A stretch of 64,000 bases of DNA from an uncultured Thermoplasmata archaeon (GCA_963749195.1 CAVVLX010000007.1:396031-460030); one strand, 5' to 3'. Shown: positions 10,593 through 20,217, counted from the stretch's first letter. A program made the numbers and translations. Notes: generated by a model not told the origin, from the sequence alone.

Positions 10593-10774
10593 TCGCGTTG
10601 AAAGCGTGCAAGAACTGTCGAACGATCACCGAACTGAACAAGTGCCCGAGGTGCGGAGGGGAGGTCTCTCGGGAGTGGCAAGGGTACTTGATCGTCATTG
10701 ATCCAGAGAAATCCGAGATCGCCCGAAAGATGGGGATTCATGCGAGCGGGCGCTACGCCCTCCGCGTCAAGTGA
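10589..10774 (+). CDS. spt4: Transcription elongation factor Spt4 (RpoE'')
   Basis: KACKNC..CPRCG..WQGYLIVIDPEKSEIA..GRYALRV; ATGA overlap with rpo7. Confidence 0.96.
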   Translation: MIALKACKNCRTITELNKCPRCGGEVSREWQGYLIVIDPEKSEIARKMGIHASGRYALRVK

Positions 10775-11296
10775 GGAGCGCGTCTGGGTCGTACCCGATT
10801 CGTTGCGCGCAACGCTCGCTCAACGATACGGCCCGGTGTTTCCGGCCCCGAGGTCGACCGCCAACTGCGTTCCTTACGGATCTTTGCGACCTGCGGGGAC
10901 CGCGTGACGGCCGAGGCGGTGAGCCTCGGGAATCTCCCGCTCGTGGGAATCGTCGACTACAAGACCCGCCGGAATGAGCCGATTTCTCCCGATCTGTTTC
11001 GCCCGCTCGCCGATCGCCATTTGGTGCGCGTGAAGAACCCTGCGGGGATGCTAACGGACAGTCTGCGTCGAACCGTGCACGACCTGATTCTCGCCGGTGG
11101 GGGATTGATCGAAGTGGTCGGCGAGGAGGATTTGGGGTCGCTGGCCCTCGTCGAATCGATGCCCGCCGGGGCCACAGTTATATACGGAATCCCAGGTGAG
11201 GGGGCCTCCTTCGTGACCGTCGATTCGGCCGCGAAGGAACGGGTGCGCACCCTCATCGCGCAGATGGAACTCAGGAGAATCTCCCTTGGAAATTAA
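10740..11296 (+). CDS. DUF359 / GTP-dependent dephospho-CoA kinase with a 1-nt frameshift near 10839-10841; start uncertain
   Basis: Conserved position between spt4 and rps24e. WVVPDSLRATLAQRYGPVF is in one frame and TCGDRVT...IVDYKTRR...VKNPAG...VVGEEDL...VIYGIPGEG in another; adding one T joins them. Confidence 0.85.
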
Positions 11297-11828
11297 GATC
11301 CTCGACGAGCGTCCGAACCCGCTCCTCAAACGCACCGAATACCGTTTCGAAGTTGAACATGCGACGGCGGCGACCCCGAGTCGGGACGTCATCCGCTCCG
11401 AGTTAGCGAAAGTCGTGAAGGCGTCCAAGGACCGGGTCATCATCGAACGGATGAACGCCCGGTACGGGACGGCCAAGAGCCTCGGCGAAGCGGCGCTCTA
11501 CGATTCCGTGGACGCTGCTAAATCGGTCGTTCGCGAGCATATCTTGATCCGCAACGGGCTCAAGGACAAGCCGGTTAAGGGAACGCCGACTGAAGCCGAT
11601 AGTCCAGCACCGGCGCCACCCGCCAAGACCGCGACGCCCGAGCCTCCAAAGGAGTCTCCGAAGGAATCCGCGAAGGAAACATCGAAAGAGACTCCAAAGG
11701 AATCCGCAAAGGAGCACTCGAAGGAGTCGACGAAAGAGGCTCACAAGGACTCCCCCAAAGACGCGCACAAGGAGTTGGCGAAAGAGTCGCCCAAGGAATC
11801 CTCGAAAGGTTCGCCCAAAGGATCGTAG
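11286..11828 (+). CDS. rps24e: 30S ribosomal protein S24e with repetitive C-terminal extension
   Basis: MEIKILDERPNPLLKRTEY..H..ATPSR..E.HILIRN; TTG start. Confidence 0.95.
   Translation: MEIKILDERPNPLLKRTEYRFEVEHATAATPSRDVIRSELAKVVKASKDRVIIERMNARYGTAKSLGEAALYDSVDAAKSVVREHILIRNGLKDKPVKGTPTEADSPAPAPPAKTATPEPPKESPKESAKETSKETPKESAKEHSKESTKEAHKDSPKDAHKELAKESPKESSKGSPKGS
11649..11825 (+). repeat. Degenerate 12-nt coding tandem repeat, about 15 K-[E/D/G]-x-x tetrapeptides
   Basis: KESP KESA KETS KETP KESA KEHS KEST KEAH KDSP KDAH KELA KESP KESS KGSP KGS. Confidence 0.9.
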
Positions 11829-11831
11829 GCG

Positions 11832-12023
11832 ATGGCCAAAGGACGTATCGGCCTCTACGCGACGAAAGGGGACACCCTCTCGCGCACCCACAAGTCCTGC
11901 CCCAAGTGCGGGCCGGGGACATTCCTGGCCGAGCACGCGAACCGACGTTCCTGCGGCCGATGCGGGTACAGCGAATCGAAGACGGCGCCCTCTCCGAAGC
12001 CCAAAGCAGGCAAGCCGAATTAG
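11832..12023 (+). CDS. rps27ae: 30S ribosomal protein S27ae
   Basis: [24 protein letters not shown] zinc ribbon. Confidence 0.96.
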   Translation: MAKGRIGLYATKGDTLSRTHKSCPKCGPGTFLAEHANRRSCGRCGYSESKTAPSPKPKAGKPN

Positions 12024-12036
12024 AACCGCCCATCAA

Positions 12037-12172
12037 CCCCTTCGGGGCTCGGCGGGGGGACTATTGAATACGCTCACCCGCCGATAGGCGCCAGCGCACC
12101 GTAGATGGTTGGCCGATTCTATCGTGGAGGATCCATCGCGCGAACCACCAGGGAAGCCCCCGATACGGGGGC
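12037..12172. terminator. GC hairpin cluster between convergent genes; probable terminator or 3' structure
   Basis: CCCC-TTCG-GGGG type hairpin near 12037, CGGCGGG/CCCGCCG stem, CCCCCG-ATA-CGGGGG hairpin near 12157-12171. Confidence 0.4.
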
Positions 12173-12185
12173 CAGAGCGCGAGGA

Positions 12186-12965
12186 TTAGGAGGGCGCCGC
12201 CGGGGTGTTGGCCTGTGGCATCCTGGACTGGCCGTAGATTTTCCAGCCCATGATGAGAGGGAAGACGGCGAAGGTCAGGAGGGCGAACGGGGAGAACGAG
12301 CCGGAATCAACGGGGAAGGAGGCCAACGCAATCAGTCCCGCCACACCGAACGCTGCGCTGAGCACGCCGAGGTACTTGCCAAACGCTGGAGATTTCAGCA
12401 TCGCCACTCCCAGGACGATGAAGCCTACCGACAGGAAAATGTAGGCGCAGGTGTCGAACTGATTGAACATGCCTTGCGTGGCCTGCCACAGTTGCACGGC
12501 GGTCGCCTGCTGCGCGGCCGTGGCCCCAGCGGCATGATACTGGGCGGAGATCTGCGCCATGGCCACATTCGGTTCGCTTTCGACGGCTAAGACAGCGAGA
12601 CCCAAGAAACTCAGGAGCCCCCCAAAGAGCGCCGGGGCGAGGCTCGATTCCCGAAGCGATCGATAGAGGGCCATGAAGAGCGGGGCGAACAAGAGGACGC
12701 CTACCAGGAAGAGCGTTTGGCCGATGATGATTTGTGTTTGAAGACCCGGGAATCGCATGACCGGTCCCGCCCCCGCAGCGGTGGTGTTCGTCCCGACGAA
12801 TGCTACTTGATAGACAATGCTGACGAGGAAGATGACGGCTCCAAGCATCCCCGCTAAGCCGCCCCAGCGAAGCACGTTCCTCTCGTTTGCGATTCGATTG
12901 GTACTCTCGATCGTCGCTTTGTCTAGGATGACCCCCGGCATTGCGGGGGCGTTGATCGTCGCCAT
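12186..12965 (-). CDS. DUF4386-like multi-pass membrane protein
   Basis: About 6 TM helices, RWGGLAGMLG, FMALYRSLR, LGVAMLKSPAFGK. Confidence 0.7.
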   Translation of the reverse strand: MATINAPAMPGVILDKATIESTNRIANERNVLRWGGLAGMLGAVIFLVSIVYQVAFVGTNTTAAGAGPVMRFPGLQTQIIIGQTLFLVGVLLFAPLFMALYRSLRESSLAPALFGGLLSFLGLAVLAVESEPNVAMAQISAQYHAAGATAAQQATAVQLWQATQGMFNQFDTCAYIFLSVGFIVLGVAMLKSPAFGKYLGVLSAAFGVAGLIALASFPVDSGSFSPFALLTFAVFPLIMGWKIYGQSRMPQANTPAAPS

Positions 12966-13056
12966 GGTCCCTCTCGACTTCGACCATTCGGAGTAATCTT
13001 AGGGGATAAACCAGTCCTTGATTCTAATCAAGGAGAATTCTCGACGGTGGCGAGCA

Positions 13057-14097
13057 TTAACCGGAGGGCGGACTCGCTGCGGTCAGCACGGGATGAAAGG
13101 CTCCTGCCTCGACGTCCGTGACCACGGTGATCACCACTTTTCCGTGGGTGTCCCCCGCTTCGACATACCGGTGGGCATCGGGGACTCCTTCGAGCGCGTA
13201 GCGCCGATCTATGGCCGATCGGAGCTTTCCCGCCTCAACGAGCTCTTTGAGCATGACCAAGTCTTCCGTCGTAGGCCTGGGAGCCCGGAAGATGACTCTC
13301 GGACCTCGCCGTATCGAGCTTCCAAGGGCTCGGAGCATCGAGAAGAGTCGGGGGTTCACTAAGAGATAGCAGCCGTTCTTTTTCAGCGATCGCAGGCAGC
13401 GAGAGAACGAACTCTTGCCGACGACGTCCAAAATGACTTCGTAAGTGTCCCCACGCTCGGAGAAATCTTCCCGAGTGTAATCGATCACCCGGTCGGCGCC
13501 GATCGAGCGCAGCATCTCCAGTTTTCCGGTTCGGTCCACGCCCGTCACGCCAACCCCCAAGTGCTTCCCTAGCTGCACAGCGAGAGTGCCGATGCTCCCT
13601 CCCGCGCCGTTGATCAGCATCCGTTGTCCGTTATGGACGTTTACTTTTCTAAGAAAACGGAGCGCTTCCAAGCCCCCCATCGGGACCGCGGCGGCCTCTT
13701 CATAGGACATATTCACCGGCTTTATCGCGAGCACCGAGTCCCGAGATTCGGTTGGTAGACAGATGTATTCGGCGTACGCGCCGAAGCCAAAGCCGGTCGT
13801 TCCGAAAACCTCGTCACCGGGTTTGAATCGCTTCACGTCGTTGCCGACGGCCTCCACTTTGCCCGCCAGCTCTTGACCGAGAATTTTCCGCCGGGGGTTT
13901 CTGACGCCCATGTAAAGTCGAAGGAGGATTCTCAGCCCGATGGAAAATCTGAGGCTCCGAAGTTCACAGTCTCCCGCCGTAACAGTCGTTGCGTATACCC
14001 GGATCAGTACTTCATCGGCGCGCGGAACCGGCTTGGCCACCTCGGCGAGTACAAGGCCGTCGGGGGGTCCGTACCTTGTCCAAACAATAGCCTTCAA
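13057..14097 (-). CDS. Zinc-free MDR family NAD(P)-dependent oxidoreductase (quinone oxidoreductase-like)
   Basis: MKAIVWTRYGPPD, ILGQELAG, GAYAEY, LINGAGGSIG, GKVVI; no Zn-binding Cys/His set. Confidence 0.9.
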   Translation of the reverse strand: MKAIVWTRYGPPDGLVLAEVAKPVPRADEVLIRVYATTVTAGDCELRSLRFSIGLRILLRLYMGVRNPRRKILGQELAGKVEAVGNDVKRFKPGDEVFGTTGFGFGAYAEYICLPTESRDSVLAIKPVNMSYEEAAAVPMGGLEALRFLRKVNVHNGQRMLINGAGGSIGTLAVQLGKHLGVGVTGVDRTGKLEMLRSIGADRVIDYTREDFSERGDTYEVILDVVGKSSFSRCLRSLKKNGCYLLVNPRLFSMLRALGSSIRRGPRVIFRAPRPTTEDLVMLKELVEAGKLRSAIDRRYALEGVPDAHRYVEAGDTHGKVVITVVTDVEAGAFHPVLTAASPPSG

Positions 14098-14173
14098 GGA
14101 TTATGCTTCCTCGGCCGAGCGTCGGTCTCCGAGAAACCATCGCGTACAAACGGGCCGTCGAACGACGAAACCA

Positions 14174-15220
14174 TCACTTCGAGGGGGAGGAAAGGAATAT
14201 CCGGTTTCCACTACCCTTACCCGAATCCAGTTCGTCGATCGAGTTCAGGATCTGGATCGCCCCCCTTCCTCGCGGCGTGAGTCGATATCGCTCTCGAGCG
14301 AGATGCGCGACCAGCCCGCTCTCGGTCAGTTTGCGAAGGTGAAACGCGATCAATGACGTGTCGTCGAGATGGGCCGCTTGCAGTGCCTGAGTGAAGCTGC
14401 ACGGGCCTTCTCCCAGTCGATGGAGGACTAGCCGACGGATGGGGTTCGCCAGCGATTCCAGTGTCGAGTGCGCATCCGCCGAAACAATCGAGGCACGAAC
14501 CGCGAGTGCTCCCGTAGCCGTGATCTTCGTAGGGTCATATCCGACCGCAAGGGGACCTTTCCCTTCCAAGATCGCCCGTATTCCCTCGAGCAGCGCGGCA
14601 ATCTCTTCCTCGCGGTGGCGGGCGAGCAATTCCTCCACGGCCGCGAGAACCACGGCCACCCGCTCCCTAGGACCGACAAACTCTTGGACGACCGATCGAA
14701 TTTTCGAGGGGTTGTCCGGGTCGAGGGGCAAAAGACTGACCTCCTTGGCGGTAACTCGGATGGGAGGAGGGGCGATCAAGAGGACCTCATACCCCCCTTT
14801 GGCGGCCAGGGCGCTGGCGTACCGCCCGGGGTCGAGGGGCTCTGCTCCCGTTCGGGTCAGCGCAAGTTGTTGGTTCACCAAGGCGAGCACACGGTCAACT
14901 TGCTTTGGAGTCACCGGTTTGAGTAGGTAGTCCAGCGCGCCCATCTGCAACGTCCGGACAGCGGTCTCCACGGTCGCCTTGCCGGTCAGCATCACCACGA
15001 TCAGCCGGGGCCACCTTTCCTTGGCCACTCCGAGGAGCTCGATTCCGCTCTGACGCCCCATTTTCAAGTCAGTGAACATCACGTCGAACTCTTCTCGTTC
15101 CAAAGCCGTGACGGCTTGAGCGGCGCTCGGAACGGACCGAGCGACATGCCCGCGATCGTCGAGGAGCCCGGAAAGTTCCTCTCGAAAGCTCCAGTCGTCG
15201 TCCACAAGGAGAACTCGCAT
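14174..15220 (-). CDS. Response regulator: receiver + DUF835-like domain + ArsR-type winged HTH
   Basis: VLLVDDD..FTDLKM..MLTG..DYLLKP; middle LDPDNP..EFV..VVLAAVEELL..LAVGYDP; C-terminal LANPIRRLVL..CSFT..IAFHLRKL..YRLTPRG. Confidence 0.8.
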   Translation of the reverse strand: MRVLLVDDDWSFREELSGLLDDRGHVARSVPSAAQAVTALEREEFDVMFTDLKMGRQSGIELLGVAKERWPRLIVVMLTGKATVETAVRTLQMGALDYLLKPVTPKQVDRVLALVNQQLALTRTGAEPLDPGRYASALAAKGGYEVLLIAPPPIRVTAKEVSLLPLDPDNPSKIRSVVQEFVGPRERVAVVLAAVEELLARHREEEIAALLEGIRAILEGKGPLAVGYDPTKITATGALAVRASIVSADAHSTLESLANPIRRLVLHRLGEGPCSFTQALQAAHLDDTSLIAFHLRKLTESGLVAHLARERYRLTPRGRGAIQILNSIDELDSGKGSGNRIFLSSPSK

Positions 15221-15533
15221 CCCGGAACCCTTCGCTTTACGTCGATCCTACGGATCGAGGTTGGGTCCTCCATTGTCCTTCGCCCCGATAGGCATTTCGT
15301 GGACCTCGAGCCCCATTTTCTCGGGAGCGTGACGGACGAGGCGAGTGCACGAAACGGATAGTCTCGTTGTAGATTCGCATCAAGGGCGTTTCCGGTCATT
15401 TTTCGCCCCTGCGATCCTTGCACGCGCCGATCGCGATCTGTCGTCGCTCGCCCGCGTCATCCATGTCTCGGGCACGGCCACCGCCTCCGTGGTATGATAA
15501 GAACCCCCGGAACTCAGGAGGGTGAGGATTCCG

Positions 15534-16352
15534 ATGACCAAAGTTGGTTGGGAAGCGCTCGCGAAGTGGCGTGATTTCCGTATGGGTGAGCGGGGTGACC
15601 TTTGGCATCGGGCCCTCATCGACCCCACCCTGCTCGCCGTTCTGGGTTCAATCCGGGGTCGTCGGGTGTTGGACGTCGCCTGTGGAAACGGCTACCTCAC
15701 TCGTCGTTTCCGACGGCAGGGGGCGAGCCGCGCGGTCGGCGTCGACGCGTCGCTCGCCTCGATCCGACTGGCCCAGAAAAGAGAAGCCGCACACCCCTCG
15801 GGGGCCGAGTTCATTCACGGGGACGCGGCGCGACTAGCGCAGTTCGGGGACGGGAGCTTCGATCGAATTGTGGCCAACATGGCGCTCATGGACATCCCCG
15901 ACGCTTCTGCGACGATTCGAGAGATCGGCCGCCTCCTCGCACCGAAGGGTCGGCTTGTTTTCTCGATCAACCATCCGTGCTTCGAGGTGGACGAGAGATC
16001 CGCTTGGTTGATTGAGCGACTGCCGTACGTGGAAAACATCGCTCGGAAGGTGGAGAACTACCGAAAGGAACGCCCCGTCCGCGCGGCGTGGAAGATCTCG
16101 GAGACTGAGACGGCGTACACTATTGGCTACCATCGAACGTTGGCAACGTACTCTCGCTACTTACGCAATGCCGGGCTCGCCATCGTGCAAATGGCAGAGC
16201 CGGCGCCGAAACCCGAACTCCTAAGAAAGAGCACCCAAGGGCGACTCATCGCCGAGATTCCGCTTCACCTCGTCGTAGAAGCGGTTCCGTGGAAGCTCCC
16301 TAAGAATCGCCCTCGTCCCAAGGAATCCAAAGGCGCCGTCTCCCCCAGCTGA
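15534..16352 (+). CDS. Class I SAM-dependent methyltransferase
   Basis: VLDVACGNG, GVDAS, FDRIVANMALMD, LVFSINHPCF; GGTGAGG RBS. Confidence 0.92.
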   Translation: MTKVGWEALAKWRDFRMGERGDLWHRALIDPTLLAVLGSIRGRRVLDVACGNGYLTRRFRRQGASRAVGVDASLASIRLAQKREAAHPSGAEFIHGDAARLAQFGDGSFDRIVANMALMDIPDASATIREIGRLLAPKGRLVFSINHPCFEVDERSAWLIERLPYVENIARKVENYRKERPVRAAWKISETETAYTIGYHRTLATYSRYLRNAGLAIVQMAEPAPKPELLRKSTQGRLIAEIPLHLVVEAVPWKLPKNRPRPKESKGAVSPS

Positions 16353-16748
16353 TGGAAATCCTACGTACGGTCGAAAAGTCAATACACGCCCGAAGTTGGT
16401 CTTGCGGGGTCCGCAGCGGGCCCGCAGCATCGTATGGGCCGTTTGCATATGGCCCAAAGTAAATCTGTCAGTCGCCCAAGGTCCAGTCTGAGAGAGCGAC
16501 CCTGGTCCGGCAGTCGGCTAACCGCGACTGAGTAAGAATGGTCGGGGCCGTAGAAAACACTCAATCTTCAACTTTCTTTCTCGAGACGTCCCGGCTAGGC
16601 CCAGGCCCGGCCCTGATAGCGCAGCCGACGTTCCGACAACGAAGAGGGCTCTTCATGGGGGATCGAGAAACGAGGCTCAGCGGCCGGAACCGAGACCCGT
16701 TCGCCGGGATTCCTGGCTCGTAGGCGGAATTTATTTGACCAGACGGAA

Positions 16749-19700
16749 ATGCCCCCGAGGAGGGTCGCGGTACGAACCCCGGGTTCTGCCTACAGTCCCA
16801 TGGGCGTGTCGATGGACCTCGCCCCCAGCGAGCGACGAGTTGTCGCATGCCTTACGCTTGACGTCGTCGGTTCAACTGACCTCGTTGTTCGACTTGGTCC
16901 GGATCAGCTGAAAGCGGAGTTGGGCCGCGCTTTTGCGGACGTACGGAACATCGTAGAGCTCCGGGGCGGGAAGATTGAGAAATTCCTTGGCGACGGACTG
17001 TTGGCGACGTTCGGCGTACCTCTCAGCCACACCGATGATTCCGAGCGCGCGCTGGGGGCGGCGCTCGAGTCAGTCGCGGCTTTGGAGCATCGCCGAGCGG
17101 AAGGGGACAGCCTCCACGTTCGCCTCGGCGTGGAAACCGGGGAAGTGTTGGTGGAACGAGAGAACCGGTCGCGTGATCAAGCACACGAACTCGTGGGGGC
17201 GTGCCTCAACATCTCCACGCGACTCCAGGAGAAGGCCGGCTCCGGCCAGGTGTATGTGGGTCCGACGTGCCACGAGCTAACCACCGATGTCGCCGAATTC
17301 GAAAGCATGGGGGCGCTCCGTCTCAAGGGTCTTGGAGAGGTTTCCGCTTGGCGACTAGTCCGACTTCGAGCGCCTCACTTGACCCTCCGCCCATCGTTCG
17401 TCGGGCGCGCGGAAGAACTCCTGACGCTCCGATCGGCTTTCGAAGGAGCCCGGCAGGGACACCCGACCCTCCTTGTGATCGTCGGTCCCCCCGGGCAGGG
17501 AAAGAGTCGCTTGTCTGAAGAATTCGTTCAGACGATTCGCCCCGATGCAGAACTCCTCTCCGCCCGATGTCGCCCCGACGATGAGAACGGCAAGGAGAAT
17601 CCGCTCCGACAGTTGCTGCCGGCGGAAGAGTCCCTCTCGCCGGGCCTCTCGCTCCGGACGAGACTCGAAGCAATGATCCCGGGGGAACGCGAACGAGAAC
17701 GCGTCCGGGAGGCGCTCGTGCACAGCGCGGGGGTGGAGGTGATCCCTCGATTCCTGGGAATGCTCATTCCTGCACGAGAAGGAGAGTTTTTGCAAGGCTG
17801 GGGTCGCTATCTTGACGGCCTTTCCGCCGCTCGGCCTGTAGTCGTCGTGATTGAAGACTTGCATTGGGCCGATCCGAGTTTCATCCGGCTGATGGACCGT
17901 CTGACCGAGTCGGGGAGCTCGCGGCTGTTAATCGTCGCCACGGCCCGACCCGAGGTTGTCGGAATCGCCGAACTTCGCCCCGGCCCGAATCACCTCCGGA
18001 TCGACCTGGGGCCGCTCGATCCGCAAGCGACCGCCACCCTCGCTCGAAGCGTCGGATCCTCCAGCGACGCAAACATCGCGCACGCCGAGGGAAATCCGCT
18101 TTTCGTCCTGGAGTTGGCTCGTGCTCCCGGTCGCTCCAGCCCGATTCCCATGACGATCCAAGCTGCCATCGGCGCCCACCTGGACGAACTCGCCCCGGAC
18201 GACCGCGGTCTCCTCGGATGCGCCTCCGTGGTCGGCGAGACGTTCGGGGTGCGCGACGTCGTCCTCTTGTCCGGTCGGCGACCGGCGGAGGTGGCAGGTG
18301 CACTCGCCCGGCTCGTGCACTTGCGGTACGTCCTCCAGGATGGCGGCGAGTTCCGTTTCCATCACCGGCTCGTTCGGGATGTGGTCTACGGGCGAATGGC
18401 CGTCGGTGAGCGGCTGCGTCTGCACGCTGTGTACGCTCAGGAGGGTTCTGGGACGGAGGACGTCGAGACCGCTGCCCATCATTGGTGGCAGGCGTTGGGG
18501 GTTCCCGACGCCGAGTGGGTTTGGAAAGGTCAGCCCGAGGGGGCAACCTATCGCGCCCAAGCGTTCCTGGCCCAGATGGCAGCCTCCAATCGTCACTTTG
18601 AACGAGCGTCGTCCGACCGCGCTCTGGAAGTGGCAGGCCGAGCGGTGAAGCTCGCCGGAATCCCTGAGGAGTCGGCGAAGGCGCACGAACTTGTCGCCGA
18701 CATCTACACTATGCGGGGCGACGGAAACGACGCGTGGGTGGAGTGGCAGCGGATACTCGCCGTCTACCAAAAGGCGGGCATCCCTACTCCTCTACGAGTC
18801 TTCACGGAAATGGTCAAAATTCCCATCTGGATGTGGGGAATCTTCCGTCAGCTGCCTCGCCCGGACGAAGTCCTAGCTTTACTTGATGAAGGCATCCGAA
18901 CGGCCCGGGCCACTGGCAATGCCTTGGCCCTGGCCGACCTGCTCGTCAACCGAACGAACTTCACCGGGACTGCGGATGGATTGGCTGAGGCGGTGGCCAC
19001 CCTGGGTTCCGTCGCAGACAACTCCGGAGTGGGGAGTGTCCTGGTCCAGCTCGCCGGTGTTCAGTCACTTCAAGGCGACCTCGAGTCGGCGCTGAAGACG
19101 TGTACGCGGATCGACTCATTGGTCCAGAGCGGGGTCCAGCTGGACCAGCACCAAATGCTGTTGTGGCGATTCGGCGCTTTCTACCACGCGGGGAACTTGG
19201 CGGGGGCGGAAGAGATCGCGACCCGCGTCCAGGTTCTGTCCGCAGACCAGAGTCCTCATTACAAGACGCACGCGCTCGGCATGCTAGCGGTCGTTCGTGC
19301 CGCCCGAGGGAAGTGGAGTGAAGTGCCTGCCTTGGCACAGGAGGCCCGTCGGCTCGTGTCAGAGAACCCGTATCGCGGATTTTGCCTCGTCGGGGCGGAC
19401 GCCGTAGCGTGGGGCGCCATCGCAGCGGTGCTGGCGAAACCGGACGTGCCGGATTGGTTGACTCCGACCGTCAGTCGGATGGTCCCGGAATCACCGGCAG
19501 TCCAGGCGAGCTTGCTCCTACTTCCGTACAGCATGGTGGGACAGGACCGGTATCGCCAAAAGGCACGGCCGGCCCACCGACTGGACACCGGATTGTGGCA
19601 TCGGCAGATTTGGGATCAATTCGGCGTGAACGTGACAATTGGTCTCGCAATTCTAGAACGCTGGGACGAATTGGGTCCCTACATCGAGACCCTGGAGATG

Positions 19701-19883
19701 GTGGCCGCCCATGGTGGACGATTGTGCCGCGCCGTTCGCGATGCCGTCATGGAGGAGAAGGCGCGACAGTCGAAGGGAACACCGCGGCGGCACGAAGGCC
19801 TCCGGAGGATGGGATATGAGGGCTTGAGCCAGTTGCTGTCATTCCGGCCGCACCGCTCGGACACGGGCTCGCGCAGCTCCTAG
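16749..19883 (+). CDS. Class III adenylate/guanylate cyclase + STAND AAA ATPase + TPR-like protein; start may be 16812
   Basis: LDVVGST, IEKFLGDG, RLGVETGEV, NISTRLQ; FVGRAEEL, Walker A GPPGQGKS, Walker B VIEDLHWAD, EGNPLF, FRFHHRLVRDVVY. Confidence 0.92.
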   Translation: MPPRRVAVRTPGSAYSPMGVSMDLAPSERRVVACLTLDVVGSTDLVVRLGPDQLKAELGRAFADVRNIVELRGGKIEKFLGDGLLATFGVPLSHTDDSERALGAALESVAALEHRRAEGDSLHVRLGVETGEVLVERENRSRDQAHELVGACLNISTRLQEKAGSGQVYVGPTCHELTTDVAEFESMGALRLKGLGEVSAWRLVRLRAPHLTLRPSFVGRAEELLTLRSAFEGARQGHPTLLVIVGPPGQGKSRLSEEFVQTIRPDAELLSARCRPDDENGKENPLRQLLPAEESLSPGLSLRTRLEAMIPGERERERVREALVHSAGVEVIPRFLGMLIPAREGEFLQGWGRYLDGLSAARPVVVVIEDLHWADPSFIRLMDRLTESGSSRLLIVATARPEVVGIAELRPGPNHLRIDLGPLDPQATATLARSVGSSSDANIAHAEGNPLFVLELARAPGRSSPIPMTIQAAIGAHLDELAPDDRGLLGCASVVGETFGVRDVVLLSGRRPAEVAGALARLVHLRYVLQDGGEFRFHHRLVRDVVYGRMAVGERLRLHAVYAQEGSGTEDVETAAHHWWQALGVPDAEWVWKGQPEGATYRAQAFLAQMAASNRHFERASSDRALEVAGRAVKLAGIPEESAKAHELVADIYTMRGDGNDAWVEWQRILAVYQKAGIPTPLRVFTEMVKIPIWMWGIFRQLPRPDEVLALLDEGIRTARATGNALALADLLVNRTNFTGTADGLAEAVATLGSVADNSGVGSVLVQLAGVQSLQGDLESALKTCTRIDSLVQSGVQLDQHQMLLWRFGAFYHAGNLAGAEEIATRVQVLSADQSPHYKTHALGMLAVVRAARGKWSEVPALAQEARRLVSENPYRGFCLVGADAVAWGAIAAVLAKPDVPDWLTPTVSRMVPESPAVQASLLLLPYSMVGQDRYRQKARPAHRLDTGLWHRQIWDQFGVNVTIGLAILERWDELGPYIETLEMVAAHGGRLCRAVRDAVMEEKARQSKGTPRRHEGLRRMGYEGLSQLLSFRPHRSDTGSRSS

Positions 19884-20103
19884 CAACGCTGCGTGGGATC
19901 TCGGCCCGTTCTTCTGGATGATGGGAGCGCTACGCGGCAAAGGGCGGGTCCCGGGCCTGCCGTCGGCGGTGGAAGGGCTTCGCGACTTGCCACCACTGTG
20001 GAGCCAACGATAGGGACACTCAGGGGACCACCTGTCGAGCCGTCACGCATTGCGCGCGAGGAGGGACACTCGCGTGCACGTCGGCACGAGGTAGTGTGAG
20101 CGG

Positions 20104-20110
20104 TATTAAT
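20104..20110 (+). promoter_or_regulatory. Putative TATA box for tRNA-Arg
   Basis: TATTAAT in a GC-rich context about 35 nt upstream of the tRNA. Confidence 0.5.
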
Positions 20111-20143
20111 TGGACCGGCCGCTCAGCCGAGGACATCCAAATC

Positions 20144-20217
20144 GGGCCCGTAGTATAGCTTGGACATCACAGAGGCCTCCGGAGCCTCGAACCCGGGTTC
20201 AAATCCCGGCGGGCCCG
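20144..20217 (+). tRNA. tRNA-Arg(CCG)
   Basis: Acceptor GGGCCCG/CGGGCCC, anticodon arm GAGGC-CTCCGGA-GCCTC, T arm CCGGG-TTCAAAT-CCCGG. Confidence 0.96.

Noticed and set aside
10836..10845. Frameshift in DUF359/dephospho-CoA kinase
   Set aside because: One missing T in a T run restores a gene in an essential pathway; same error signature as gdhA.
16476..16531. TPP riboswitch or hammerhead ribozyme, suggested by CTGAGA
   Set aside because: The GAACCTGAT/AGGGA elements of TPP and the CUGANGA...GAAA core of hammerheads are absent.
20012..20071. Direct repeat AGGGACACTC, two copies
   Set aside because: Only two 10-nt copies; not enough to support an array or operator call.
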